Assembly: GCA_964016885.1 (NCBI GenBank)
Contig: OZ024743.1
Span: 146,258,001-146,322,000 of the forward strand
Direction of reading: 5' to 3'
DNA: 64,000 nucleotides
From: Eledone cirrhosa
Lineage: Eukaryota
Both the position numbers and the translations under genes were made by a program. The notes under the pieces are model-generated. The model had not been told where the DNA came from. It worked only from the letters and a program-made list of their open reading frames with translations, and did no database searches. Of the stretch, positions 15,516 through 30,462 are shown one piece after another; the stretch's first letter is position 1; every line of letters starts with the position of its first letter.

Positions 15516-15860
15516 ATATACATATATACATACAATCATTTGGCCTTGTGCCAAAAGTAGAAATAATTATTTGTATATAAGTATGTCCATATGTAAGTCT
15601 GTGTGTATGTGTGTACCATCTGGTATACACACGAGCAGACTTACATATATGCACATACGTACACATGCACAAACACGTACACAGCAGATTATTACTATTT
15701 TTAAACACATTTGATATGGTTATTACTGTATTTACACTCAAATGTGTACATCTGAATATACAGCTGTGCTATTTGATCTCTAGTCCCTGTTGACTGAATA
15801 AAAAATATTACCATTAATTGACCAGCAACAAAAATCAGACACACACACACAGAGACACAA

Positions 15861-15893
<33 letters not shown>

Positions 15894-15975
15894 GAGAAAC
15901 GGTGGCAAATGAATGAGGGAAGGGTAAAAAGAAAGGCAAAAAGAGAATAGGAAAGATGGGTAACGCGAGCGATAG

Positions 15976-16018
<43 letters not shown>

Positions 16019-16043
16019 GAGAGAGAGAGACAGACACACAGAT

Positions 16044-16086
<43 letters not shown>

Positions 16087-17103
16087 CAGACAGATAAAGA
16101 TAGAGAGAGATAAAGATAGAGAGAGATTGAGAGAGAGACAGACAGATAAAGATAGAGAGAGATTGAGAAAGAGATTGAGAGATAGATAGATAGATATGTT
16201 TCTTTATTAGCCACAGGGGCACAAAAGAAGATAGATAGATAGATAGAGAGAGAGTATCAGCGAGGTTCTTCACTAGTCCACTTCGTTTCCGCCGTCGCCA
16301 TCGTCGGTGTTTCTTCCCACTGTAAGTGTCTACGTCGTTCTGCCGCATTTGTCAATGGGAATTAACTGATATTGTCAATGGAAACGACTTCAATTCTTCG
16401 TGACAAAAGGGCCGGCGAGCGTGAATTAGACGTAAGTTCAGTTAATTATAACTTGCGGCTATCAAACTTCACAATACTCTGTTGTGTTTCCCTAGCTGAG
16501 CAATTATTTGTTTAGGCTGAGCATATGATTATACAAGGCACTCCCTTTACCCCCTCTCCACGCCTGCTTCTTCGCCGCGTGTCACTCGAGCGTCACTCGT
16601 CATAGCTACGGCCGGCGACATCCGACAGTCGGCTTGTTCCGCCTGTTTGTTCCGTTTCACTCCCTCCCAACTCTCACCCCCACCATACCATCTCTTTTTT
16701 GTCTATCTTTCCCTCTCTCACTATATTTGTTTTGATTCCTTTCTCCTACCCTCTCTATCTATCTATCTATCTATCTATCTATTAGAAATATATCTGTCAG
16801 TCAGTCAGTCAGTATCTATCTATCTGTCTATCTGTTCATCTGTTTTCCTAATATATATTGTTCACCTATCAAGATTTACTTATCTATCTGTCCATCTCTG
16901 TTTCTATTTCCGCGTGCACGTAAATACACACAAGTTTACAATTTTATGATTAGTATATATATATATATATATTAATAAGAGGAATTCCAACTTTGTCTGA
17001 TTTACTCGTTATATATACGTACGTTATTCCGGGTTGAATCGGAGGTAACCACAGTAAGTAAGGTACTCAATACATTGTAGAGTATAAAAGTTTTAATATA
17101 GAT

Positions 17104-17156
17104 GAGATTCTACAGGACTAGAACTGTTTCATTCTTTAGAAATCATCAGGAATCCC
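17104..17156 (-). ncRNA. Type-I hammerhead motif, same family as 6284
   Basis: Core identical to 6284; stem I GGGATTC/GAATCTC; forms the left arm of a 60-bp palindrome. Confidence 0.8.
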
Positions 17157-17412
17157 ATGATGATTTCTAAAGAATGAAACAGTTCTAGTCCTGTAGAATC
17201 TCATCTATATTAAAACTATATATATATATATATAGTTTAGCGAGGTTTATCTGTATTATTTTTGACCGCCGGTCAGTCAATGGCAAAATTGAGGACCGAG
17301 TAAGTTAGATCGCAGATATAAAAGACAGCGAGAAGCGAAAACCAACCAAACAGTGAGTGTGTTCTGTTATTAATTCTGGCAATATTACGCAAATATGACC
17401 CTCCCCAAATAT

Positions 17413-17447
<35 letters not shown>

Positions 17448-17601
17448 CACCCGAAACTATAATGATCCCCAGATGACAGCCAATGAACTAGAAGTATCCA
17501 TGTTCTTGTCTCTTCCGAGATTTCTGTTTTCTAATTTCTCCCATATATATATATATATACGATATATTAACAAATGGAAACTATAGTTATAAAACCATAT
17601 T

Positions 17602-17666
17602 TATTTCATTATACATATTTCAAGGACACCAAGTTAAATTATGGTGTGCTTTCATCAGATAAAATA
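17602..17666 (-). ncRNA. Type-I hammerhead motif
   Basis: TATTTTAT-CTGATGA-AAG-C-ACACCA(10 nt)TGGTGT-C-CTT-GAAA-TATGTA-TA^ATGAAATA. Confidence 0.8.
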
Positions 17667-17738
17667 TAATATAGATCAGTTTTATAAATAAATATTGACA
17701 TACCCTTAAAGAATGTAACCATTACTGTTGGAAGCTCC

Positions 17739-17777
<39 letters not shown>

Positions 17778-17857
17778 ATGATTAGTTATCTCAGTCAACT
17801 TCACTTTTATTTCCAATATGACTTAAAAATTGTCATCGAAGCTTTCTTTGCTACCCT

Positions 17858-17959
<102 letters not shown>

Positions 17960-18070
17960 AAAGGTAATCAGAAATAACATCACAATCGATATTGAAGGAA
18001 TATTTTAGTTTAACGCTTGAAATAGCAGGAAGAGGGTCTTAACGTTTCGGCCGCTAGTCCTTATATATAC

Positions 18071-18119
<49 letters not shown>

Positions 18120-18248
18120 TTCAATATATATATATATGATATTTCTATCATTTTAATTTGTTATATATATATATATATATAACAAATTAAAATGATAGAA
18201 ATAAGTTTTTACAGTTTAATTTTTACAATTTTTCAGGATAACTGGGCA

Positions 18249-18645
18249 ATAATAATAATTGTTTCTACTTTTAGCACAAGGCCACCAATTATCTCAGTGC
18301 ATTACTGGTACTTTATTTTATCGATGCCGTAAGGATGAAAGACAAAATTAACCTCGGTGGGATTTGAACTCAGACCGTAAAGGGCGTACCTCTATGCTGC
18401 AAAGAATGGTGTCTGACCCTCTACCGATACTGCCATAATAATTGTTTCTACTTTAGGCACAAGGCCAGCAATTACCCAGTGCATTACTGGTACTTTATTT
18501 TATCGACCCCGTAAGGATGAAAGGCAAAGTTAACCTCGGCAGGATTTGAACTCAGAATGGCAAGGACCGTAACTCTATGCGTCAAAGCATGGCGTTCGAC
18601 CCTCTACTGATACTGCCAATCCACCGCCCTCTACTGATACTGCCA
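18249..18645 (-). mobile_element. Tandem dimer of family A SINEs
   Basis: Two head-to-tail units carrying A and B boxes. Confidence 0.85.
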
Positions 18646-18671
18646 TAATAATAATGATGAAAATAATTATA

Positions 18672-20160
18672 ATGATTTCTTTATTAGCCACGCAGGGCTC
18701 ACACGAGGAAAACATTAAGGACGGTACAGTGTGGGTTTTAGAGTGTAAAAAGTCATATAACAAAAACAAGAAAACCACGTAAAGCAAATTCAAAGAAAAT
18801 AAATTCCCCAATAGGGCAGTGGGAACTTCGGAGAGTAACGCATGGAGAAAGCCCGCAAAAATCCATGGTCACCCTGATCGCAAGTGTTCTCTAACAGTCT
18901 TCTCCCTCCAATTTACCGGCGCATACTCAGAGCAGGCCCAATCACTCGGCCCATGCTCACCCCACTCACCCACCTTTCAACAAACTGCTCAGAAGTCAGT
19001 ACTTGCCTCTTCATCCTGATTTTCCTCTTCAAATGAAACATGAAAAAGTTAATCAGGGCTTTGCTGAAGAGGAAAGTTCTTGTCCTCAACTCTTTCTGAC
19101 GCGTTCATCACACGCGCCTTCTTCGCCATGGTAAATAAAAAGTGCCTGTCCATCCCGGCTAAAAGAAGACGAAGGGGCAATCCTCACGATGGAGTCAACT
19201 GGTAGCCGGTTCCATCCAACACGTGACAGAAGGTGTTCGACACAAACACAAAAGTCAGCAATACTCGGACACAGGACGAGTGCATGCAGGACGGTTTCGT
19301 GGCCCTGCGCGCATCTCGGACTGGCCCGGTCGACGGCACTTCCATCCATGCATGTAGAGTTTATCTCGAACTGGCAATTCTCCCCGGTAGCACTGCCAGG
19401 CCAGGAATTTCTGGAAGTTATCCATGAGCCCTGGACCGAAAGTTTATCGGAAAAGATTGGCTAGTTGATTAACGTTGACACCCAGAGTCTCCCAAAGAAC
19501 GTCGTCGCTTTTAACTTCTACTAACCATCTATAGAACGCCAAGGTGGAGTTTCAACCGATCGTATTGCCTAATTGGCCGAGGGCTCTGTGCTCTTGAAGA
19601 CATTTCAGTCTCCAAGCGCTCCTTCTCGGTCTTCGCTTGACCCAGGACTGCAGCTCTGTTATGGAGACAAGCTGGAGAAAAACATGTCTAGCGAACAACG
19701 ACTACACCTGTTTACCGCCAAGGAAGAGTTGCAGATGTCGTAGCCTCAGCTCATGTTTGCGCATGATCAGTCACGGCTTGCCCAGTTCCCAACAGAGCGG
19801 GTGTTGATAGCAAATGGATCGCCTGATCAGTGGAACCTGTCCCTTCCACAAAAAGCGAAAGAGTAGGCGCTCCAGTACAGTCAAACGTCAACAGGACAAG
19901 GCACAATGTACGTGTTCGCTACTTCTGCTCAACCTTTCAACGATAGCTTCCTCTCAGCCCATTTCTGGGTGAGAGAGGCCACCCTGGCCGTAACCGCGTC
20001 CCAGTTTTTTCCATCTGAAGGTCCGGACAAAACCAGATCCCTGGCAATTCAACCGATCCGTCCATCCAGCTCCTGACAACGCTCTTGGACGGCAAGGACA
20101 TGCTTCTCCAGGTGCCAAACTTTTCCTGGTTAAGTTTTGCTTCATGCCACGGAAACTGCG
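18672..20160 (-). mobile_element. Degenerate Tx1/L1-like LINE, 3' portion
   Basis: Minus-strand LFRFLWKGQVPLIRR..QHPL and zinc-knuckle-like PRCAQGHETVLHALVLC; 3' end gtggctaataagaaat followed by ATT-rich tail. Confidence 0.7.
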
Positions 20161-20356
20161 ATAAGACCCGAGATAAGAGCTTCCGAGCTTGAGACAGACT
20201 TTAGACTTTTTAAATTCTAATGGCAGATGACATTATTTAAAGTTAAGAAACTCAGAGAGTTTCTAGAAAATTTCGATAACTTGTCGTGAGGGGTGAATAA
20301 TCAATTTTGGGTTCTTGCCCTTCGCTTGCGTGTGAGAGATAGACAGACAGATTAAT

Positions 20357-20387
<31 letters not shown>

Positions 20388-20547
20388 GAAAGAGAGATAG
20401 AAGTAGGTGCTGCTGGCGTTGTCATCATCATTACCGTTTATGCGTGTTTCACTGAGACATTTCCTATTGTTTACTAGAATATTTATTAAGCGGAATATTT
20501 TATTGGTGCTTGATGGGTGTATTAATGAAGTATGAATAAAACCCTAC

Positions 20548-20722
20548 ATCATTATCATCATCATACCACCACCATCACCACCATAACCACCACCGCCGCC
20601 ACCACCACCACCAATCACCAACACCAGCACCACCAGCACCAACACCAGCACCAGCACCAACACCAGCACCACCAGCACCAGTACCACAAGCACCACCACC
20701 ACCACCACCAGCACCACCACCT
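20548..20722. repeat. (CAC)n/(CACCAG)n tri- and hexanucleotide repeat
   Basis: Directly visible. Confidence 0.9.
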
Positions 20723-21654
20723 TTCTCATCCCTATTTCCCAAACCTTCATTACCACCAGCCCCAATCGTTATTATAAGGTGTTACATTAAGGATTCGAAA
20801 TTATATTTATTACAAAACAATTAACTTGAGTTTGCAGTAGGAATTCATTCATATATGTGTTTCATGTTATAATTATGATTTGTTGATATCACACGTTCAA
20901 ATGTGTCAACAAAAATGTCTCTACATTGTCAAAACATCTGCTAGAAACAGTAGCCAAACTATCTCTTAAATTACACCATAATGTATTAAATAAAAGGAAG
21001 GGTACATTGGAAAAACAGTATACAAGTAGAAGTGCATTTGTAGTTTTTCAACACGCTGACGCGTATGTGGATAGATGTGTGCGTGTTTGTATGTGCATAT
21101 GCATACATTTATATGTATGAGTATATAAATATAAATGTGTAAACGCAGACACACTTACAAAAATACACACTCACAGACATTCATTCACACAAATACACAT
21201 ACATTCATACAAACACACACATACATTCACACACACACACATTTACACAAACACACACATACACACGTAGCAAATGGAACGCTATCCGCTGTTTTGCTAT
21301 AGATTTTTCACCACCCCATTCCTTTCTTTTACACACGCATACATTCACACGCACACACACACATTGTGTGACGGACGGACGGAAGTCGCGCAAATTTATA
21401 TATAGATATTTATTTTAGATCAATTCGAGAACAATATAATGGTTGGGTGAAATAACCCAGTTACTGGCTCCATTGCATTTCTGACGGTGAGAGTGACAGT
21501 GAAGTATCTGTAATTAGGGGTAGAACGAATATCGCAAGGGACTCTGTCTGGAAAAAACAAACAAACTTTCTTTTAGCGTTTTTCGCCGATGTTTACATTC
21601 TTCACTGGTATCCATTGGTGAAAGACACACATGCATGATGGGATTTTAAACTCT

Positions 21655-21790
21655 TTCTGTCCCCCAAATTCTGCTCACAAGGTATTGATCAACCCAAGGC
21701 TATGGTAGAAGACACTTGCCCAAAATGCTGTGTAGCGGGATCGAACTCGAAACTACGTGGTTATGAAGCGAACCATTTTAACTACTCGGC
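21655..21790 (-). mobile_element. Degenerate tRNA-derived CORE-like SINE
   Basis: Minus-strand B box gagttcgatcc followed by ttgggcaagtgtcttctac. Confidence 0.6.
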
Positions 21791-22162
21791 CGTTTTATTT
21801 TAGCTTTAGTGTTTACAGCGTAAATAGGTTTATTAAATCAATGTTTTAATAAAGCCCTTTGATAAATTTTATAGGTTTTTATTAGAGAACGATTTAACAG
21901 TATAACTTCGTAGTTTCATGATGTTTAGTTTATTTGGTGCTTATTTAACTTTGGGTATCCAGCTCAAAGAACACAGCAGAAGCTCTTTCTCTTTGATAGC
22001 TAGGTTTGAGTGGCAAGAGTCATGTAACACAGACCTGTCAATTCTGTCCCCATCCGACGGGCAAATCTCTCACCCACTTTGGGGTGGGTGAGAGATGTCT
22101 TCCCTTGTGGAAATGGGTATAGCTTTCATTATCTAAAATCTCCCCATTTTGTTTCATTTCTC

Positions 22163-22855
22163 GGCATACGTTAAGAATGGCGTTCGTGAAAGTGAAAGTA
22201 AATTTTCTGACAAGTTAATTTTTTTTTTACAGTGAAAGTTACGATACACACGCAATTGTATGGATTTCTTAAAATATATATATGTGTGGGTGTGTATATG
22301 TGTGTATATATGTGTGTACACTGTGAATTTGTTTGTTTATTTACAACAGGTCTCTATAGTGATATGGTGTTAATTAGTATTGCGTGTGTGATTATTTTTC
22401 TTATATATATATGTGTGGGTGTGTATATGTGTGTATATATATGTGTGTCTGTATGTATATATATATATGTGTGTTTGTATATATATATGTGTTTGTGTCA
22501 TCATCATCGTTTAGATGTTTTTGTAATATCTTGCTATTTAAAAACACACAATGTCATTATTTAAAAAAAAATTTTCCGTACACACAATACACAAAAAAAG
22601 AAAAAGAAAAAATAATCACACACGCAATACTAATTAACACCATATCACTATAGAGACCTGTTGTAAATAAACAAACAAATTCACAGTGTACACACATATA
22701 TACACACATATACACACCCACACATATATATATTTTAAGAAATCCATACAATTGCGTGTGTATCGTAACTTTCATTGTAAAAAAAAACAAACAAACAAAT
22801 TCACTTGTCAGAAAATTTACTTTCACTTTCACGAACGCCACTCTTAACGTATGCC
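22163..22855. mobile_element. Foldback MITE with ~235-bp TIRs (Merlin- or MULE-like)
   Basis: GGCATACGTTAAGAATGGCG / CGCCACTCTTAACGTATGCC; 8-bp TSD catttctc at 22155 and 22856. Confidence 0.85.
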
Positions 22856-23479
22856 CATTTCTCCCCGTTTTGGGGCACTTTTTTTCATGATACTGCCCGT
22901 TTGGGTTGTAGCGCTCTCTAGAGAGGGAAGTAGTTAGAGTTACTTCCCGTCGAAAGTCTAGAACCCTCTTTTGCAGCTTCCGAAAAGAGGTTATAAATAG
23001 CGGCAACACATCCAAGCTATCTCTCTTTGGCGTTTTCCTTCGAACAGATAACATCTTCCTAGGGACCCCCATCAAAGGGCCTAGAGATGGACATGCATTT
23101 CGATCCTTTCTTACTGCTGTTTGCTAACATATAACTCCAGGTATGAACTAACATTTATGCACACATCACTCCATCAACAAAACATGTTAACCACAGCTTG
23201 GACTATACCTAAATATGTACGAGGATATTTGTGTACAACAATTATAACGGAGTTACAATAAAATGAAGACTTGTATTCGATATGGTCTTTTGTAAATATA
23301 TCTTATCATTTTCTGTATAAAAATTAGTAGTTAGATTCCGGTGATATTTACTCAAGTAAATAATCCTGGGTCTGACAGAACACTAAAGGTTTTAGGGGTT
23401 GGCAGGTATGTGTAACATGACCCAAACACCGAAGATGATACTTACATATTAAATGTTTGATTGTCAAGCATCTGATATT

Positions 23480-24150
23480 GTTATGGGTTCGATAAGATAA
23501 AGTACCAGTAACAAACTGAGGTCGATTTAATCGACATTAATTCCCTTTCACTAAAACTGGTGGCCTAGTGTCTAAATCAGAAACCATTATCTAAATAGCT
23601 AAGGGCGGTGGATTGGCAGTATCTGTAGAGGGTCGGACGCCATGCTTTCCAGCATAGTTACGTCCCTTTACGATCTGAGTTCAAATCCCGCCGAGGTTGA
23701 CTTTGCCTTTCATCCTTACGGGGTCTATAAAATAAAGTACCAGTAATGAACTGGGTAATTGCTGGCCTTGTGCCTCAAGTAGAAACAATTATCTAAATAG
23801 CTTACTCTGTAGTGGATTGGCTGAGTTGTTAGAATGGCAGACAAATGCGAAGCATTATTTGTTTTGGCAGTATCGGTAGAGGGTCGGACGCCATGCTTTG
23901 CAGCAAAGAGTTACGGCCCTTTATGGTTTGAGTTCAAATCCCGCCGAGGTTAACTTTGCCTTTCATCCTTACGGGGTCGATAAAATAAAGTACGAGTAAT
24001 ACACTGGGATAATTGCTGGCCTTGTGCCAAAAGTAGAAACAATTATTTGTTATTGATCTTTAAGTTCTGAGTTCAAATCCTGCAGAGGTCAACTTTTCAT
24101 CCTTTTGGGGTTGATAAAATAAAGTACCAGTCAAGTACTGGGGTAAATTT
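23480..24150 (+). mobile_element. Cluster of four or more family A SINEs
   Basis: Full copy 23603-23791 flanked by direct repeat attatctaaatagct; further copies at 23866-24046 and 24060-24150. Confidence 0.85.
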
Positions 24151-24797
24151 AATGACTCCATCAGGTGTTGAGAGATTAAGTATTCTGGCATTTGTCTGCA
24201 GAAAATTTGTATTTTGATTATATTTACAAATTATATATTCATTAAATTCATATTCAAGTTAAAAACAAAGAGTAACAATGACGAAAAAAATTAAAGAATT
24301 AAAGTAATTAATTATATTAATATTAAAATTTCGAGATGTTGCCCAACTTTAAAAATTTAATACATTTCAAAGTTGTGAGAAATATCTTTTATGAATGTAA
24401 TATTTTACTTCTCATTTTATTTAAGAGCTAACTATATTTCTAAACTCCGTGTAAAAGTATTCAATTTATTACCGTTTACCTTTTGTAATTCTTGCAAAAA
24501 ATACAAACGAAATGAATAAATGAATCAATAAGTAAATAAGTAAAGCATTTTTTGTCTTTATTTCTTAGATAACATTCAAAAATTATATTTACATGTGTAT
24601 TATTGATTTAAAACAAAAAGTGAAATTATAATGTTTGAAATGGAAAATTTATTTTAGCTTACAAATTCCGTCCTGAAATATTATTATTTTCTAAACTAGT
24701 GATTACACACACACACACACGCAACACGCAGCACGTGCACACATACATACACACACTCACGTATACTGGTATATGTATATATATTCTTTTAAATGTG

Positions 24798-24885
<88 letters not shown>

Positions 24886-25071
24886 ATATATATATATAAT
24901 ATGTGTGCTTTGTGTATGTTTATGTTTATATATATGAGAGAAACAATTCATCAAAAGTTACTTTGGGGATTTTTTCATTAGTTTCCTAAGTGTCTGCATC
25001 AGTGAAATATTTTATGAAGAAACTGATTCTTAAATTTATTTTAAGTTGAATTAGTAATTATACCTATGTAC

Positions 25072-25209
<138 letters not shown>

Positions 25210-25308
25210 TTCCATTTTTGTTTTTATACCATGATTTGGAAACAAACAAAATGTCTCCATATATTTGAAAAGTTATGTAAATATTGTATAAATATCACTA
25301 AATTCTCA

Positions 25309-26210
25309 ATAATAATTGTTTCTACTTTTGGTACAAAGCCAACAATTACCCTAGTGCATTACTGGTACCGTATTTTATCGACCCCGTAAGGGTGAACGGC
25401 AAAGTTAACCTCGACGGGATTTGAACTCAGACCGTAAAGGATCATAACGCTATGCCGCAAAGCATGGCATCTCAATAATAATGGTGATAATCAACATGGT
25501 GACATCATTATGATGATAAATAATGGTAATTTCTTGTAGTGAATTGGAGGTATTGAGTTAGTAGAGCACTCGCATAAATGTCTTATATTTAGTTTCATTC
25601 TTCTATGTTCTAAATTAATGCTCTGTTGAGCTCAACAACTCATACGGTTCACGAACAATTTTCCCCAACGAACATCACATATCTCGGTTCACGAACGGTG
25701 TCTTGAGTAACGAACCCGCAAGCTGGCAACATTTGGAAACACGCTTGGAGTATCTGTGGGAAAGCGTCACTTGCTGTGTAGTCAGTTACTGGGTGGTAGC
25801 TATCTGTCTTTCTCATATTTCGGGTGACGAATGGCCTTCAGGAACGAATTAAGTCCATGAACTATGGTTCCACTGAACTAGTGATCTTAGGCAGATTTAG
25901 GTATAAACTAAACTAGCTACAACATAGGGTTTCAAGATAATTTTTGAAAGACCTTGTGTAACTTTTAAACAAATTTCAGTTTTCGTAAATCCACTTATTG
26001 ACAGGAGCAAGGTACGGATTGGTGAACTTTGGTGGTTTGGCAGTATCGATAGATAGTCGGACACCATGTTTTGCAGCATAGAGTTACGTCTCTTTTCGGT
26101 CTGAGTTCAAATCCCGCCGAGGTTAACTTTGCCTTTTATCCTTACGGGGTCGATAAAATAAATGCACTGGGATAATTGCTGGCCTTGTGCCAAAAGTAGA
26201 AACAATTATT
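25309..26210. mobile_element. Family A SINEs (25309-25472 minus; 26030-26210 plus) and a pogo/Tigger-like MITE remnant (25643-25876)
   Basis: SINE motifs; remnant ends in ggttccactg and has internal cggttcacgaac repeats. Confidence 0.65.
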
Positions 26211-27094
26211 GTTTATATATGAAGTAAAGTACTCAATACATAAAGTATAGTTAATTTGTTTTTATTAGAAGCTGAAGCTTTTTGAATTGCAATTCTGAGT
26301 TTCACGTTTCTGATTATCCACGAAGTCTAGTAGCGAGACAATATAGAATTACAAAAGGTAAGATCATTAGCCATGTAAATTAAATGAAATAATTACAGGT
26401 GTAAATCAAATTTGTGCTATAGAATCAGCTTGCTGGGAACTTTATTGTACCCACCACTTAGGGTCTTTATTGAATATAAAACACTTATATTCTAATCATT
26501 ATATTTTAGAATTGAAAACATTTTCATTCACCAAATTTATTTATTTAGCTAAATATTTCTGATGCTTCATGCCTTAAGAAGTACAAGACTCGGGTTTTGT
26601 TATATCTATTAATGTTTCATCATCGTTAACATTATTATCTATGTTAATATCAGTATATTATTTGGACATTTATTGTAGAAAATACTGTAAAACGTCTTAT
26701 ATAGCTGAAGTTTATTATCTAGCTGAAAGGTTTGTATGCAAATTATTTGTTTGCTTTACACAGAGAAATAGTATATTACATTAAGCATGTTTTCGTGAAG
26801 GTGCATGACTTAGTAGTTAGAGAGTTGGATTCACGATTGTGAGGTTGTGAGTTCGATTCCTGGGTGGCGATGTGTTGTGTCCTTGAGTAAGTCATTTTAT
26901 TTCACGCTGCTCCTTCTGCCAGGAGTTACGACTGGTAGATAGTATCAGAAATTGAAAAGACCAATGGAAACATTTTTTTTTCTTGGTCCGATATGATGAG
27001 TTCCACCTCACTCGGGAAGTGAATGAGGCCTGGGATATTGTAGATTAGGATAAAAAAAGAAAAAAAAACTTTTGCTAACAATATTTTCCATATA

Positions 27095-27576
27095 TAATTG
27101 TTTTTACATTTGGCACAAGGCCAGCAATTTGAAGGGAAGGGAAAAGTCGATTAAATCGATGACGACGAAGATAAAGAAGTTGGTGATAGAGATGATAATG
27201 AAGAGGATGAGGACAAATAATTGTTTCTACGTTAGGCACAAGGCCAGCAATTACCCAGTGCATTACTGGTACTTTATTTTATCGACCCCGTAAGGATGAA
27301 AGGCAAAGTCAACCTCGGCGGGATTTGAACTCAGATCGTAAAGGGACGTAACTATGCTGGAAAGCATGGCGTCCGACCCTCTACCGATACTGCCAATCCA
27401 CCGCCCCTGGAATGGATGAGGATGAGGACAAATAATGGTTTCTGTTTTAGGCACAAGGCCAACAATTTTGGGGGGAGGGGGAAGTCGATGAAACGACCCA
27501 GTTCATTACTGGTACTTTATTTTATCGACCCCGTAAGGATGAAAGGCAAAGCTAAGCTCGGCGGGATTTGAACTCA
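27095..27576 (-). mobile_element. Family A SINE cluster
   Basis: Young copy 27217-27407 flanked by direct repeat gaggatgaggacaaataat; nearly identical to 55696-55878. Confidence 0.85.
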
Positions 27577-28124
27577 TATATAATATCAGGAAAATAACCG
27601 GCTTTTCTAAGAAGAAAATTAGTCGCCTGGTTTTTTTAATAGCAAGAATTTGTTCTTTCCGCTTACTTGATGACGTAATTGGATATTTTATCCCTCTTGT
27701 ATACATTTGGCCGTATTGCAAGGGAACGCCATCACGTGTTACCTCTATGTCTTTCTATTTTTAAAGGTAATATTTGGTAGAAGGTTTTAAAAAAATATTT
27801 ACACCTGCATCCACAGATTGATATTTCTCAGTTTCAGGAGATCCCTGTGTGTGTGTGTGTGTGTGTGTGGGCGCGCGCGCGTGTAATAATTTGCACACAA
27901 ACCTTAAACTTTTAATCTGTGCTAAGAATAAATAACGTACGGATTTATATAACCCCCCCCCCTCTCTCTATATATATACAACTCTTATCGAGTCCTATCT
28001 GGATTTTGGTCTTTGTATTTGCAATTACTACTATATATATGTATATACATACATACATACACACAAACACACACACACATACATACATACACACAAACAC
28101 ACACACACATACAAACATATATAT

Positions 28125-28633
28125 AGTGTTATGCAGTAATACAGAAGATCCGCCTTCCCATATACACGGGTTGAAGCCTACATCTTGTATGCATTACCTT
28201 CCAATCCCCTCCCATACAACCCCACGCCCTAATACTCCACCCTTCATTCACGTCCCTCTTCCACGTCTTAACACACCACCCATGTCCTAACACCTCACGC
28301 TTCATTCACGTCCGTACACATCCACCCTTCAGCCGATAAGTACCCCACCTTAGATCTACTTCACCAATCCCCACATACCCCCCCCCCCCCCCGCCCTCAT
28401 TCCAGCCACCAGTCCTCGTTGTAAAGTGGTCGTGTAGGTGTCCCGACAAAAAGCACCCAGCACTGTAAATATGGTTGGCATTAGGAAAGGCATCTAGCCT
28501 TAGAAACCAAGCCAGAAGCATGGACATGGCCATCGTATCTGGCTTGTCTCACAGTAGGACAACTCGTTTAACCCATGCTAGCGTGGAAAAATGGACGTTA
28601 AATGGTGATGATGAGGATAATGATGATGATGAT
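28125..28633 (+). mobile_element. RTE LINE 3' terminal fragment
   Basis: ORF end YAVIQKIRLP, pyrimidine-rich UTR, cccatgctagcgtggaaaaatggacgttaaa followed by (GAT)n. Confidence 0.7.
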
Positions 28634-28897
28634 ATTATATATATCATTATATTTCGTGATGGTCATGATGCCAATATTGTCAATAGAAAGAAACGCACGC
28701 ATCATATAATTTTCATTATATCTTTATCTTTATTGTTTGTTATTCATTCGTTTGTCAATGTTCTTTCGTCACACATTCTGTGACCTCATTGACTATCTAT
28801 TTTGTGCCTATTCTTTTACCTGGTTTTAAATTTCTACTCCATCTTGTTTTTGTTTTGTGGTGCGTTTTTCGCCTTTCGTGTCTGCACATGCATTTGC

Positions 28898-28929
<32 letters not shown>

Positions 28930-29649
28930 CTGTTTGAGTTTGTCAAGTCTATGTGTGTGTGGGTTTGTATCATTTGCTACTTTGCTGTTTGTGTCTTTTT
29001 TTTTCTAGTCTGTCTTCAGTCGTTATGTTGTGGGCTGTTACTATTCCACTCGTGTTTTCTGTTCAGGGTAGCTCTATCCTCTATTATGTGTGTGGCCTCC
29101 ATAATTTGTCTGAGTGTTGGGTCAGTTCTATGTGCCGATAGGATCTTTATTTTAATTATTTTGAGATTTGGTGGATCAGGTACTTGGGTTTGGTATAATG
29201 TGAATGGAGGATTTGAGCTTTATCATTCTTAGTTTCCATCCAGAGTTCTGTGTCTAACTCAGGTAATCTATGGTTTGGGTATGTAGTGGGGGATGATCTA
29301 CTGTTACTTTAAGGCTCAGGTGGATGACATTAGCTATTTGCTGGATGCTCTCCATGGTGCTAACTTCTAGTTGCGGGCGGTTCATGGGTACTCTCTCACG
29401 GGGTAATTTTAATCACTATATTAATATCATCAACATAGCATGAATACATGACTATGGCTATAGAGTTCTCAGTTCTAATTAAAATAACTCAATAATCAGA
29501 GCTATTTATCAAATTAAAAATACGAGGAAATAATATATATATATATATATACACATACACTCACACACACACACACACACATATATATGTGTGTATATAT
29601 ATGTGTGTATATATATGTGTGTATATATATATATATATGTGTATATATG

Positions 29650-29684
<35 letters not shown>

Positions 29685-29839
29685 GTATGTATATAATAAT
29701 ATATAAGATCAAAAGATGGTTAAAAGAGTTCCATGTATTTTATTATGTGCATTTCAAAAACTGCAGTTTTAAATCAACATATGTTGATTTAAAACTGCAC
29801 TATTCACAAGTGTGTTTTAACCTTCATATCATGTCTCCC

Positions 29840-29910
29840 TATTTTATCTGACGAAAACGCAAATGTTATTGCAGGATGATATTTGTTTTTGAAATGCACA
29901 TAATAAAATA
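29840..29910 (+). ncRNA. Type-I hammerhead motif
   Basis: TATTTTAT-CTGACGA-AAACGCAAATGTTATT(GCAG)GATGATATTTGTTTTT-GAAA-TGCACA-TA^ATAAAATA: perfect 8-bp stem I and ~15-bp stem II. Confidence 0.82.
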
Positions 29911-30039
29911 CATGGAACTCTTTTAACCATCTTTTGATCTTATATATTATTATTTATACTCCAGTCCTACAAACTGTAGAGTGCTACTTATCCGATATCT
30001 GCATTGCTTTATTGTACTACAATAAAACTCACCTCCTAC

Positions 30040-30462
<423 letters not shown>

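Noticed and set aside
15701-16348. 215-aa ORF with NLS-like KKHRRWRRRKR
   Set aside because: Only about 32 codons are complex sequence; the rest is (CT)n/(TG)n repeat.
20532-20777. Poly-His/Gln/Thr ORF
   Set aside because: Trinucleotide repeat with no flanking coding or splice support.
23603-23700. tRNA gene
   Set aside because: The A and B boxes belong to SINE heads; spacing is too long and no cloverleaf forms.
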